In this document: positions 36,239 through 49,050 of the stretch, one piece after another | How the letters are laid out: every line of letters begins with the position of its first letter | Position numbering within the stretch: the first letter of the stretch is position 1 | Source: Squalus acanthias | Lineage: Eukaryota | Direction of reading: 5' to 3' | Assembly (NCBI GenBank): GCA_030390025.1 | Contig: CM059427.1 | Span: 71,052,001-71,116,000 of the forward strand | Length of the DNA: 64,000 nucleotides | Notes under the pieces: model-generated | The model's input: the letters and a program-made list of their open reading frames with translations, nothing else | The model's database searches: none | Told to the model about the DNA's origin: nothing | Program-made: the position numbers and the translations under genes

Positions 36239-38194
36239 CCAGTAAAAAAGTTAAAATTTTCTCTCAACTATATTATCCTTCCCATAATGGGGTGCCCAGA
36301 ATTCATGCAATATTCCAAATAGGGCCTAACCAATGTCTTGTACGGATTCTTTATTACTTTCTTTTATACTAAATGCACCTTTGTATAAAGCCTATTTGGC
36401 TTTTTTATGATAGCACTTTGACATTTAGAAATCTGTGCATCTGCACTCCAATATTTCACTGTTCCCCACACTTTTAAGGATATTCCCATTCAAAATATAA
36501 TTCGATTCACTGTTTTCCCAATATATACTGCTTTACATTTCTCTGCATTGAACTGCAACTGCCACTCCTCTGCCCACTCCACTAATCTATTTTGTCCTCC
36601 TGCATTCTTCCGCCGAGTTTGCCATGCCTACTAATTTGGTATATCATGAAATTTTAACATAATTTTTCTTGTGCCTCTGTCCAAATTATTTATGTTAGTG
36701 GAAAACAAAAGGGGTTCCAATACAATCCATACCCAACCAATCTGGAAACCATAGGTTTAGCCCTATTCTATGATTTCTGTTCCCTCGCCACCTCCCTATC
36801 TATGTGACTATATTCCCTTTAATCCCATGTGCTACCTTCTTCATAGCAATTTTTTTTGGCACCTCATCAAATGCTTTTGAAAATCACTGCCTGCAACATC
36901 AATTACATTCCCTTTGTCTACGGTGATTGCCTCAAAACAATTCAATTAAAGTAGTCAAGAATGACATGCCCTTTTCAAACTCACGCTGTCTGTCTCTGAT
37001 TAGCCTATGCCTCTCCAGCTGTTCATTAATTTTATTGCCTACTCTCTGTGCCTGGTAACTTTTCTAATTTCAGTCCCATTTGTTTTTACACAGCTTCCGT
37101 TTGAATATCGATCTAGTAATGGCTTTCCCATATTCTCCACAGGTACTTTTATAGACCCGCTTTCACCTTCCTCTGTAATATATGAGGGTAAATACCATTC
37201 CTTCACTCTCAAATACAAGATGGCCCTTTCATCTCTAAGTGTTTCCACCACTTCTTTGCCGATCCTGTTGCTTATAAAGCAATTGTAAAAGAATTTGCTA
37301 TTTATTTTTATGTTGCTTGTCAATCTTCCAACCTGCCCTCTCGTCACCTTCCATTTTGCTTCCTTTTAATATTCCCCAGGTTTTTTTTTTGGTATTGTCC
37401 ATCCAATATTTCTCATACACCACATTTTTTTTGTTCTTACCTCTCTACCCATGTAATTTCAGCCTTTTAAATGTACCCCCCTCTAGTTGAATATGTTTAA
37501 TGTGTGTCTCATCTGCCTTATATTTAAATATTTCCCATTCCCGGTCCTTCATTTGATTTGCCACATTGCCAACCAATTAATTTGGGTTAGTTCTACTTTA
37601 ATATCACTGAAATTAAGCAATTCAACACCTTTATCTTGGACTATTTTAAAAATGTATCACTATTTCCTAAGTCCAGGTCACTTACTTATCCTGTGTTTGT
37701 TACCCGGAACCAGATCTACCACTGCAGCTTTCCTTGTTGGGCATGCAATGTATTGATTAAGGAAGCTGGATGTCTTTGACCACAAACTGTTGTCTTATCG
37801 TAATCTACTTTAGGATAGCTCAAGTACCCCCTGTTATTACGACTCTGCTACTACTGCAAGCCCCTAAGTTAGCCTACAAACATCCTCCTTCCATTCTTTC
37901 CAAATATCTGATACATAATGTACTCCCAATGTGCTATTAGATCACTTATTACTTCTCTTAAGAAAGATTGAATGTGGTAATGGAAGGAGCGTAGGCTTTT
38001 TTAGATCGATGGACTGAGTGGCATTTCCATCCATATCTAGTTTGTAATATTATGGTAATTCATTACATCTATGGACCTGCCCTAACTGGTACAAATCTTG
38101 TAAAGTCTGTTGTATAGTTACACTTCCAGCCCTGCTTGATGTCCTTGAAATATATAGGTGTATATTATAAAATACTGAAAACATTATTGGTTTT

Positions 38195-38548
38195 CCCTCT
38201 CAATTTAGCCCTTCCTTTCTTGGTGACAGTGACTCATGTTGGAGTAATGGTTCCCATCCTTTCTATGTGAACCTAGATGATGAGTCTCAGCAGCTTAATT
38301 GACCATGTGTGAATCACAGCCAAGCTCAACTCTATACTTGCCTGCTATCCACGTGCGCACACTTTGGGAAGGATCACTGGATAAACATCAGGAAAATTTA
38401 ACCTTGCTACATTTTTCCCTTCTTGGGTTTGGGGACAGTGAAGGGAATTGTAGCATCCTACGTTGCCCCCTTGGCTAAGATCAGCTAAGGTAGTGTAGAA
38501 CAGAGATCCAGCCGAGAACCTTCCTGGTCCATATGGCTGAGTACATTA
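38195..38548 (-). mobile_element. AmnSINE2-like ancient SINE, nearly complete
   Basis: gatcactggataaacatcagg...gggaattgtagcatcc...ggctaagatcagctaa...aaccttcctggtccatatggctgagtac. Confidence 0.65.
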
Positions 38549-38561
38549 CCTGAAATCCATA

Positions 38562-39952
38562 AAAAGCAGGACAAATCCAATCCTGCCAATTACCGCCCCA
38601 TCAGTCTACTCTCAATCATCAGCAAAGTGATGGAAGGTGTCATCGACAGTGCTAGCAAGCAGCACTTACTCACCAATAACCTGCTCACTGATGCCCAGTT
38701 TGGGTTCCACCAAGACCACTCGGCTCCTGACCTCATTACAGCCTTGGTCCAAACATGGACAAAGGAGCTGAATTCCAGACGAGAAGTGAGAGTGACTGCC
38801 CTTGACATCAAGGCAGCATTTGACCGAGTGTGGCATGAAGGAGCCCTAGGAAAACTGAAGTCAATGGGAATCGGAGGGAAAACTCTCCACTGGCTGGAGT
38901 CATACCTAGCACAAAGGAAGATGGTTGTGGTGATTGAAGGTCAATCATCACAGCCCCAGGACATCACTGCAGGAGTTCCTCAGGGCAGAGTCCTAGGCCC
39001 AACCATCTTCAGCTGCTTCGTCAATGAACTTCCCTCCAACATAAGGTCAGAAATGGGGATGTTCGTTGATGACGGCACAGTGTTCAGTGCCATTCACAAC
39101 TCCTCAGATAATGAAGCAGTCCATGCCCGCATGCAACAAGACCTGAACGATGTTTAGGCTTGGGATGATAAGTGGCAGGTAACATTTGCGCCACAGAAGT
39201 GCCAGGCAATGACTATCTCCAACAAGCGAGAGCCTAACCACCGCCCCCTGACATTCAATGGCATTACCATCGCCAAATCCCCCACCATCAACATCCTGGG
39301 GGTCACCATTGACCAGAAACTTAACTGGACCAGTCACATAAATATTGTGGCAACAAGAGCAGGTCAGAGGCTAGGTATTCTGTGGCGAGTGTCTCACCTC
39401 CTGACTCCCCAAAGCCTTTCTACCATCTACAAGGCACAAGTAAGGAGTGTGATGGAATACTCTCCACTTGCCTGGATGAGTGCAGCTCCAACAACACTCA
39501 AGAAGCTCGACACCATCCAGGACAAAGCAGCCCGCTTGATTGGCACCCCATCTACCACCTTAAACATTCACTCCCTCCACCACTGGCGCACTGTGGCTGC
39601 AGTGTGTACCATCTACAAGATGCACTGCAGCAACTCGCCAAGGCTTCTTTAGCAGCACCTCCCAAACCTGCAACCTCTTCCACCTAGAAGGACAAGGGCA
39701 GCAGGTGCATGGGAACACCATCACCTCCAAGTTCCCCTCCAAATCACACACCATCCTGACTTAGAAGTATATCGCCGATCCTTCATCGTCCCTGGGTCAA
39801 AATCCTGGAACTCCCTCCCTAACAGCACTGTGGGAGCACCTTCACCACACGACTGCAGCGGTTCAAGAAGGCGGCTCACCACCACCTTCTCAAGGGCAAT
39901 TAGGGATGGGCAATAAATGCTGGCCTTGCCAGCGACGCCCACATCCCCATAA
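38562..39952 (+). mobile_element. Second CR1-group LINE (Crack/Daphne/L2B-like) with RT domain
   Basis: NYRPISLLS, QFGF, LDIKAAFDRVWH, GVPQGRVLGP, FVDDGT, RSVMEYSPLAW; different 3' UTR from CR1 and L2. Confidence 0.92.
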
Positions 39953-40228
39953 ACAAAAAAAAAATCCACTGACCCTTTGGAAATAGCGGGGCATTTAAAA
40001 AAAAATTTAAACCCAAATTGTAGCAATTAGAATACGAGAACCACTTGTTTAAAGGTGAAATTTCTTGTGGGTTTTGCATGTAGCTACCTTTGCTACCTTT
40101 GTTCAGGTACCAGCTGATCTGATCCCTCAGGATGGACAATCGTGCATTGCTGTAACATCTGGAAACTGTCCTTTTGTGAAGTTTACAGACTGATAGGATA
40201 TAGATCTGTGGAGATCAGGGGTCTGTGG

Positions 40229-40630
40229 AGAAAGAAAGAAATAAAGAAAGAAAGACTTGCATTTATATAGCGCCTTTCACGACCACTGGACGTTCCAAAG
40301 CGCTTTACAGCAAATTAAGTACTATTGGAAGTGTAGTCACTGTTGCAATGCAGGAAACCCGACAGGCAATTTGCGCACAGCAAGCTCCCACAAACAGCAA
40401 TGTGATAATGACCAGATAATCTCTTTTGGTGATGTTGATTGATGGATAAATATTGGCCAGGACACCAGGGATAACTCCCCTGCTCTTCTTCGGAATAGTG
40501 CCATGGGATCTTTTACGTCCCATCCGAAAGACGGTAACTCCGACAGTGCAGCACTCGCTCAGTGCTGCACTGGAGTGTCAGCCTAGATTTTTGTGCTCAA
40601 GTCTCTGGAGTGGGACTTGAACCCACAACC
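40229..40630 (-). mobile_element. SacSINE1-type Deu-SINE
   Basis: aaagaaagacttgcatttatatagcgcc...gggacttgaacccacaacc. Confidence 0.92.
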
Positions 40631-41647
40631 AATAGGCAGCACAGTAGGCTGGAAGAGCTCCTCCACAATGACAATCTGAAATTTACTGATATGGAAATAA
40701 TCAGTGCTAGCATCAGTACAGTTGAAGAAAAGGATTGATTAGTCATTGAGTAAATTTGTTTTCGAAGGAACACTGAGATATTTAATAGATCAAGGAGCAT
40801 TTTGAGGTCAAGTTTGACAAGATCATTTATACAATTACAGTCATCCTGTGGCTCATGTAACGATAGGATTGGTCGAATGGTAAAGGACCTTAATGATGTA
40901 GCATCGCAAAAGTGCATCATGGGACTATGTTGGCTTCAGAAACCTGCTCCAAGAAACCATGGCAACAAGTGCCAAAACTTAAGTTAAATTAAAATAGAAA
41001 TTCAGAGAGGAAGAGTATAAGAGAAAGAATAGCTGACACTTTGTATTAACAGTGCACTCCTTGTGATAAGATTTATATGACTCATGGACTGGGGTCACAT
41101 CCCTAGTGATATGAATATGGTATCACACCAGTAGCTACAGGGCATTCTCTACTCATTTAAGAGCATATTCAATATGTCAATCCAGTAACAGAAATTCATT
41201 CTCATGTTAAAAAAAAACCTGGGGAGGGGGGTAAATAAGATCAAATGAATTTAATCTATGGCGCTTGAGTCTGTTATCGAAGGTTTTTGAAGTCACGCAC
41301 AGCTTCGATTGAAATTAAAATAATTTAAATTTTAAGAGGCGTCTTAACTGAATAAAAATTTCATCCTTTACCATTTTCATTAAATTGCGTAAAGATTTAT
41401 TGCCCTTCTATTTTATTAATTGAATCTAATCCTATCTCATTTCCAATGTTCTTACTTTTAAAAGTTATCCAGAGGGGGCATGAATTCAGGTAACTTAATT
41501 TGAAAGGTCATTCGATGGGCTAATGTGCTTTAAGCAGGGAGCCTGAAGTATTCTCAATTTATCTGGGAATTCAATCAAATGGTGAGGTTTTAGTGTTTTA
41601 TTTTAAATAAAAGCTTATTTTTATACATCATAAAGGTGGAAAGTGAA

Positions 41648-42555
41648 GGCCCAATTTTAACTGGGGGTGAGCAGTGTGCTTATGACTCACTGATGTGAGG
41701 CTGTGGCTATTTTAACACCCGGGCCTCATTTTAAATATACCAGGCCTGACTCAAAAGAACATAAGAAATAGGAGCAGGAGTAGGTCATTTGGCCCCTCGG
41801 GCCTGCTCCGCCATTTAATGAGATCATGGCTGATCTGATCTTGGGCTCAGCTCCATTTCCCTGCACACTCCCCATAACCCTTCACCCCCTTATTGTTCAA
41901 AAATCTGTCTATCTCCACCTTAAATATATTCAATGCCCCAGCCTCCACCCTCTTTGGGGCAGATAATTCCACAGATTTACGACCCTCTGAGAGAAGAAAT
42001 TCCTCCTCATCTCAATTTTAAATGGGCGACCCCTTATTCTGAAACTATGCCCCCTAGTTCTAGATTCCCCCATGAGGGGAAACATCTTCTCTGCATCTAC
42101 CTTGTCGAGCCCCCTCAGTATCTTATCTGTTTCAATAAGATCACCTCTCATTCTTCTAAACTCCAATGAGTATAGGCCCAATGTGCTCAACGTTTCTTCA
42201 TAAGACAACCCCTTCATCTCAGGAATCAACCTCGTGAACCTTCTCTGAACTGCCTCCAATGCAAGTATATCCCTCCTTAAATAAGGAGACCAAAATTGTA
42301 CGCAGTACTCCAGGTGTGGTCACGCAGAACTCCAGGTCAATGACGTCAGGCCAGCAAGCAGGAGTCGGGTGGGTTTGGCTGTAGGCTGCAGCCAGGTCCC
42401 GTAGGAACGTTCCCCGGCAGTCAAGTAAGTGGATCGTGGGGGGTGGGAACGAGACAGCGATGATTGGGAGAATAGGGGAGGAAGCCCAGGGCAGGGGGCG
42501 GGGGGCCCAAGGTTTCCTTCTAGGGATTGTAGGAGTACTCCTGCTAAACCTCTCT
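41648..42555. mobile_element. GC-rich MITE-like element split by a CR1 insertion
   Basis: ggcccaattttaac start resembles the other MITE TIRs; GC-rich sequence resumes after 42320; right TIR not found. Confidence 0.4.
41755..42320 (-). mobile_element. CR1 3' fragment
   Basis: EAVQRRFTRLIPEMKGLSYEE...; same subfamily as 30378-30798. Confidence 0.95.
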
Positions 42556-43831
42556 GCAAAGTAAATGAACATTGAACATTTTAGCAGTAGTTTAGAAAGC
42601 TTAAAGGATCCGAACATCTCAAGGAATAGAATATTCATCTCATCTAAATCTATGGACCGCAATTGCTGCAAGACTGCAGTCAAACTACACAGAAGGACCA
42701 TGATCGTGACTGTTCCTTGCTGACGGTATCCCTGGAAAATTCCCAATTCCAGAAGTTTAATACGCCTGACTGGTCAGTAATTAATTGGCTAATTAGCAAA
42801 TATTGCCAGCCCAGATTAGCAAAAGAACAAACCCAAGAATGAAGCATGCTGGAGAGATAAACATTTTAATAGTTGGCACAAATAAATAACTTTCTTAATT
42901 ACATTTCCAGCGAAGAATTAATAGTACAAATGGTAATGAATGTTTTTGTTTGAATTTAATCCTGGAGGAGTCATCAGCGCTAATACAGTTACTGATCGAA
43001 AAAACCGCCTCCCATTTATCTCCCATTCCTTGTAATACTCAGTGACCTATCATCTTCCCTGTGTTTTCTTGCCACTCAGGCAACTCTCATTTAGTTTGCA
43101 GTTAATTGGCTTTCTATTTCTAAACAATGAGGACAAATGGGACTACAGTTTTACATTTGCTGGGGAGAGGAGCAATCCCAATGCTTCTCTATCGATCGCC
43201 TCCTATCAATGGGGATTTTTGGGCCTTTCGTCTAATTGTGCAGGGACTGGGCCTAATCTAAAATGGTTCCACGATTAGGAAGTACATCATACAATTTTTT
43301 TAATTGCTTACATGGGCTTCATCACTGGGTTACGTCAGCATGTATCACAGCCAAGTCAATATTGGGCCAGATCCATTCGTTACACCAGCACTTGCCCATA
43401 GACTTTTCATGGGCTTTTGCACTGGAAGTTGCTGTCAGCCAACCATCGAAAAAGCACAGCGCCCTCTACAGGACATCTGGGACCTCTGTGAACAGGGCAA
43501 GCAACTGTGTATCTCCTTAACCAATCAGATTGAAGAATCAATAATGAGCAGTGCAGAATCTGAAGCAGGAAGTATCAGTTAGAATATTGAATTCAACATT
43601 AAATCAGGTACAGAAAGCAAGATAAAGAGAGGGAAAGAATGATTGGATTAAGAGAGAGAGATGAAGAGACAGGAAGAAAATGTCTCCCCCCCTCCACCAC
43701 CACAATACTTAGCAAGGGGACTGTCATGTCTTGTGGAGTATTTGATCATATCAATCTGTATCTCCACAGTCACCAATGCCAATTCCAACCATATATTCAG
43801 TTTTCTTTTTAAAGATGGGTTAACCGTATTA

Positions 43832-43960
43832 GTCTCATAGAGTCATAGAATGATACAGCACAGAAGGTGGCCATTCAGCTCACCATGCCTGTGCCGGCTC
43901 TTAAGTAGAACTATCCAATTAGTCCCACTCCCCTTAGCCCTGCAATTTTTTTCCCTTTAA
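43832..43960 (-). mobile_element. CR1/HER1 tail fragment
   Basis: catagagtcatagaatgatacagcacagaagg...ctatccaattagtcccactcc. Confidence 0.85.
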
Positions 43961-44169
43961 GTCTCAACTGCATTTTCTGGATTCAATTCAACAGAAATAA
44001 ATCACTGGGGGAATGCAAAGGGTAAGTGGAAGGTAAAAGCTGCATGAGTGAAGGCAAATGCAGCATAAGAGCCCGCTCTGCCTAGCTGTTTAATTTGTGG
44101 GACACTGTTCATGCTTCATAAACCACACAATATGTTTTTATTTTAACATTTCTGAGTTGTTTTTTTTAA

Positions 44170-44520
44170 TCCTTTTATTTGCTAATTTTTCTCCTCTTCC
44201 AAACACGTTGAATCTCGTTGCTTGGTTCAAAGGATGGCAGTGGCCAAGTGGTCCTTCGTCATGCGTGAGCCAACACAGTTAGTGTCAGAAGGCTGTTTGT
44301 GGACACAATTGCAGCCAAACATAGTCTCTTTCTCGCTCGACAAGCAGGGGTCAGTGAATAGCATTCACAACTAGGAACCCTGACTGATATTTTTACCTCT
44401 TCCCTAGCCCACGGACAATGAGGGCCACTGGAGTGTCCCCAGTGCCACCTATTCTGAGCTCAACTAACTCAACAACAATGCAGCAAAACAACCTGGGATC
44501 TTCTACCCTGTATGGTCTAA
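44170..44520 (-). mobile_element. AmnSINE2-like SINE
   Basis: caagtggtccttcgtcatgcgtgagcc...gcaggggtcagtgaatagc...tccctagccc...tcaactaactca. Confidence 0.6.
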
Positions 44521-44599
44521 AGTGAATGGCAGAGTGTCTGATGGGCTAGTGGTGCTCATTTTTCACTCTATGATACAAAGTTACCTGTGTAAGATTAAC

Positions 44600-44730
44600 G
44601 TTCCTCATTGCAACAGTGTCTGCACTTTAAAAATTATTTCACTGGCTGCAAAGCGCTTTGGGATGTCCTGAGATAATGAAAGGCACTACATAAATGCAAG
44701 TCTTTCTGTCTTTCTTTCTTTCTTTCTTTT
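44600..44730 (+). mobile_element. Deu-SINE 3' fragment
   Basis: ggctgcaaagcgctttgggatgtcctgag...aaatgcaagtctttc. Confidence 0.8.
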
Positions 44731-45689
44731 ATTCCTTTCTTTACTTTTATTTTATTCCTTTGTTTCTTCTGTTCAGTTAAAGAACAAAGCATAATGTGAA
44801 TTATAACACTGTGCTGAGGGGCTTGTATAGATCTGGACAATGTTGAAGATTCGAAGATGGTGTAACACATTTTACAAAGCATTACGAGCAGTGATTTTAT
44901 CTTGTCATTTATATACAGTTTGTTTTCAAGTTTAAAGTGCATTGCCTCGAACACGGCAATTTGGACTTGCTGCTCACAGCATTATTTATGTGGCATAATT
45001 GGCTCCCGTGACAGAATTATAGAAAATGTTTCAGAAGTAGACGACATTGAGGATAAAACAAAGTTATAAGTGCAGCTTGTATTTTCCCAGCTATTATATT
45101 TTACCAAAGAATCTTCAACTGATTACAGTCATTTCCCTGTGTGTGTGAGGAGGGAGGGGCGGATGAGTGATAACCAGGTATTTTAAGATGATGAATTGGT
45201 TGGAGAATGCAGTGGAAGTCTATTCCATTGAAATTCCCAAGCCACACAAGCTGTACTCCTGAGTAAGGTACAAGGAAAAATGTTTTTCATCTGACAGACA
45301 ATCCTTCTTTCATGTCCAGCCTCTTACCACCTTGTCTGTTTCTTTCTACTCTATTGATACCACTAGAGCAAGCACTTCTTTGAACCTTCCTCTTGTTCCT
45401 TCTAAGCTGCTATTATACCACCCTGACCACTCTTCCTTCTCCCTACATCCTTATTGTGTTGAAAGAAAGGTTCATTGCACTTGCCTACTCCAATATATTC
45501 TTTTCCAGGACCTTAGATCTGTGGAAGCCTTTAGTTCCCTCACTCTTCTCTCTGTCCTTTTACCTACAAGGTTTTAATACCCATTCTTATTATCATCTAA
45601 TTACCTCATCTTCTCTTCCGCTCTGTACAACCTTGGGAGAGTCCTGCACTGTGGACTTTGGCCCTTTACCTAGGTTTCTAATTTTATTT

Positions 45690-46133
45690 AGTGTCAGCTG
45701 TGACTCAATTGGTAGCATCCTCGCCTCTGAGTCAGAAGGTTGTGGGTTCAAGTCCCACTCCAGAGACTTGAGCACATGTCTAGGCTGACATTCCAGTGCA
45801 GTGTTGAGGGAGTGCTGCACTGTCGGAGGTGCCGCCTTTCGGATGAGACGTTAAACCGAGGCCCCGTCTGCTCTCGTAAAGGATCACAGGACACTATTTC
45901 GAAGAAGAGCAGTGGAGTTATCCCCGGTGTCCTGGCCAATATTTATCCCTCAATCAATATCACTAAAACAGATTATCTGGTCATTATCATATTGCTGTTT
46001 GTGGGAACTTGCTGTGTGCAAATTGGCTGCTGCGTTTCTTACATTACAACAGTGACTACACTTCAAAAGTAACTCATTGGCTGTAAGGCGCAGTGGTTGT
46101 GAAAGGCACTATATAAGTGCAAGTCTTTCTTTC
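45690..46133 (+). mobile_element. SacSINE1-type Deu-SINE, full length
   Basis: gtgtcagctgtgactcaattggtagc, gggttcaagtccc, Deu domain, tail. Confidence 0.92.
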
Positions 46134-47321
46134 TCAATAAAAATAAATGGAAAGCTCATGCCTGTATGTTTTGGGGAAAACTGTACAATACCTGCTTTAT
46201 AGCACATTCAACTGCTCCTGAAAACTGGTCTTTCACCAAAGAAAAATCAGTTCTTGTGTAAAACTGATGTAAAGATTTAAAATATAATTGCACAGTGTAT
46301 TACAATGAGTTTTTTTTGCCATTTTGTTTCAATGTTTTAATCGTTGAAAGGAATTGCTTGCAGAAAGACAGATCCTGCATTTCCTCAGACTTTCTGCCAC
46401 TGTGCCACCATGACATTGCCGGATGTGTGGCGAAAATCCCCTTTACACGTGTAAACAGGGCTTCCACCGGTGAATTCGCAGCAGTACGGTGACAGAAAGA
46501 GGGATATCAGCACAGAAAGAGACCATTCAGCCCATCTTGCCCTTAACATTTCTCTCCAAATGTTTATCTAATTCCTTTTCAAAATGTCTTTATGAGCTCA
46601 GCCGCTACAGCCGTTCGCCAAATCCTACAAACCCTCAACGGAAGAAAGTTCTTCCAACCTCCCCCTTCATGCTTCTTGTACTAATCCTAGCTTGAGTATG
46701 ATGGGAATACTGTGCTCATCCAAGCACCAATGGTCAAGCATCTCCAGATGGTAGGGTGGGAAGAACGGTGTAATTGAAGCTTAAAGTGCTGTTCTAGTAT
46801 TTACAGAGTACAAGATTGCCCCCAAAAATTACTTCTAACATATTCTGGCTATATTGGTAGTCCTTTGTAAATCACTTGGTCCTTATTCTTTCAGTCTGGT
46901 GAAAGATTTTGGACTTTTCAGTAACAGTTTTAAGGAAACTGAAAGGATTGGCTAGAAACTGGATTAATTACTTGCTGAAGGAGCTTAGAAGGTATCAATT
47001 TAACAAAGGAACTGTTAAACTGACCATTGACGGCAGCATGCTGGGAAGGTTGGCCAAATTCGAAAAGTGTTATTCAGACTGTCTGGAAGGCTATGGTATA
47101 GGAGGCCTTGAGAGACTGTTGGAAACCATCGTAAACACCAGGTCCTGTTTTTGTAGCAAACGATGGAAAGGTGAGAGAGGAAAGTTACTGAAAAGTTTGC
47201 TTTTGTCAGCATGAATGGTATAAGAGCAGCCATTCTAAAGTGAAGGAAGGAGACAGTCAGATGGAGTCCTCGAAGGCAGACCAGAAGAACACCAAGGAGA
47301 ACATCAACAAAGAATTTTAAT

Positions 47322-47478
47322 TTTAAATCGGAGATTGATAACTTTTTGTTAACCAAAGGTATTAAGGGATATGGGTCAAAGGCGGGTATATGGAGTTAGG
47401 TCGCGGATCAGCCATGATCTCATTGAATGGCGGAACAGGCTCGAGGGGCTGAATGGCCTCCTCCTGTTCCTATGTTCC
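47322..47478 (+). mobile_element. CR1 tail fragment (GTTCCTAT subfamily)
   Basis: tttaaatcggagattgata...ggctcgaggggctgaatggcc...cctgttcctatgttcc. Confidence 0.85.
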
Positions 47479-48609
47479 GAATTAACCTCTCAGTCTCCCG
47501 AAGCAGAGGATTTGGCCATTTGAGTTTCAAGTTGCACCACTGACTTAAAGTTTGCATGAATCTCTATCTGTCAAGCTTGTTGTATTTTAATGTTAATAAA
47601 ACCAATTGTTAGAAAAGTACTAAACCTTGGCTGATTCTTACCTCTGATTACCCTAAAGAGTAAAGAGAGTTGAAACAAAAATCCTACACTAGGCATCTTC
47701 ATGACACAAACCATTGGGATTGACCGTACAGCTACCACTGGCCAAAATGAACTGTACAAAAAAAAATGCACAAATTCTTTCCCAACTCAGTGGTGCAATT
47801 TGAAAACTACAATCTCCAATCATGGTTATAAACCACTCAAGCGTCGCTATTAAGGTTCGTGGTATTCTCTGAGTTCTTCAATAAGATTAGCACTATGCAG
47901 CCACTTCTGGGTGTCCACTGTTATAATGCAAACAAAGCACTAATTAACTCCCTCTTAAGCTGTACACTGAGCATGTTTAGATTCCGAGGATGAGTTATGT
48001 AATATGCGACTTCAGTTACATACGTGGTGTGCAGCATATTGTTTGCTGGTCACTAAACGGCTTTAGTGCATAGATTCTGGAATGCAGAATTGTGATTGGT
48101 GCTTCTAATCTGTAAACGTTGTGGTCAATTTGCTTGAATTCCGTCCAATTGATTCAAAGTCAAAAGCTAAGATCACAGGCCAAACATTTTACTATTGAGC
48201 CGACCTGGTACTGGCAGATGAGAGGCAAAGAGATCAGAAATAGATTGAAGCCAACAAATGCAAGGAGACAAATGAGGGAGTGCTAAGTGATGTGGCTTGA
48301 TTAGGATGTCAGAATGACGGATACGTAAATCCCCAAACAAGCAGTCAACTGACAGCCCAAAGCAAGATGTCTCAAAAACACTGATCAGTGTATGGGACAG
48401 AGGAACGTGCACTGAAGTGATATCAAGAGACAAGCGGAGAGACGAGTAGAGAAGGATGACAAGAAACCTTTGCACCTGTCAACGTTAGATGGCCTATTTA
48501 GCTTCATTTGTTTTCTTACTGAAAACATGGTTTATATAACAGGGCAATTACTATAGGCCAGCGTATTAATTCTGGAATTTGAAATTGAGTGGGGAAAAAA
48601 AACTTTGAT

Positions 48610-49050
48610 AAAGAAAGACTTGAATTGCTATAGCGTCTTTCATGACCTCAGGACATCCCAAAGCATTTTACAGCCAATGAAGTGCTTTCTGAAGTGTAGT
48701 CACTGTTGTAATGTAGGAAACGCAGCAGCCAATTTGTGCACAGCAAGCTCCCACAAAGAGCAACCAGAAAATCTGTTTTAGTGATGTTGGCTGAGGGATA
48801 AATATCGGAGAATTCCCCCTGCTCTTCTTTGAAATAGTGCCATGGGATCTTTTGCGTCCACCTGCGAGGGCAGACGGGGCCTCGGTTTAACGTCTCATCC
48901 GAAGGACGGCACCTCCGACAGTGCAGCGCTCCCTCAGCACTGCACTGGAGTGTCAGCCTAGCTTTATGTGCTCAAGTCCCTGGAGTGGGATTTGAACCCA
49001 CAACCTTCTGACTCAGAGGCGAGTGTGCTACCAACTGAGCCACAGCTGAC
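48610..49050 (-). mobile_element. SacSINE1-type Deu-SINE, full length
   Basis: Ends taccaactgagccacagctgac (A box, reverse complement). Confidence 0.92.

Larger units (their letters stand above)
35499..36267 (-). mobile_element. 5'-truncated Penelope-like element (GIY-YIG C-terminus, 3' UTR and pLTR)
   Basis: TSD ctatattatcctt (35486-35498, 36268-36280); pLTR nearly identical to 8477-8684. Confidence 0.92.
35130..37850 (-). mobile_element. Old, highly diverged CR1 LINE that hosts the Penelope insertion
   Basis: ataatggggtgcccagaatt (YCxQFW), ctgcattgaactgcaactgcca (WQxxFN), aaatgcttttgaaaatc (DFxKAFD), INSKFFY; continuous across the PLE TSD. Confidence 0.75.

Noticed and set aside
38562-39952. 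Possible intact or domesticated RT gene
   Set aside because: 5'-truncated with in-frame stops (39157, 39652) and an altered catalytic motif (FVDDG)
46909-47214. 101-aa ORF
   Set aside because: Non-ATG start, no motif; length expected by chance
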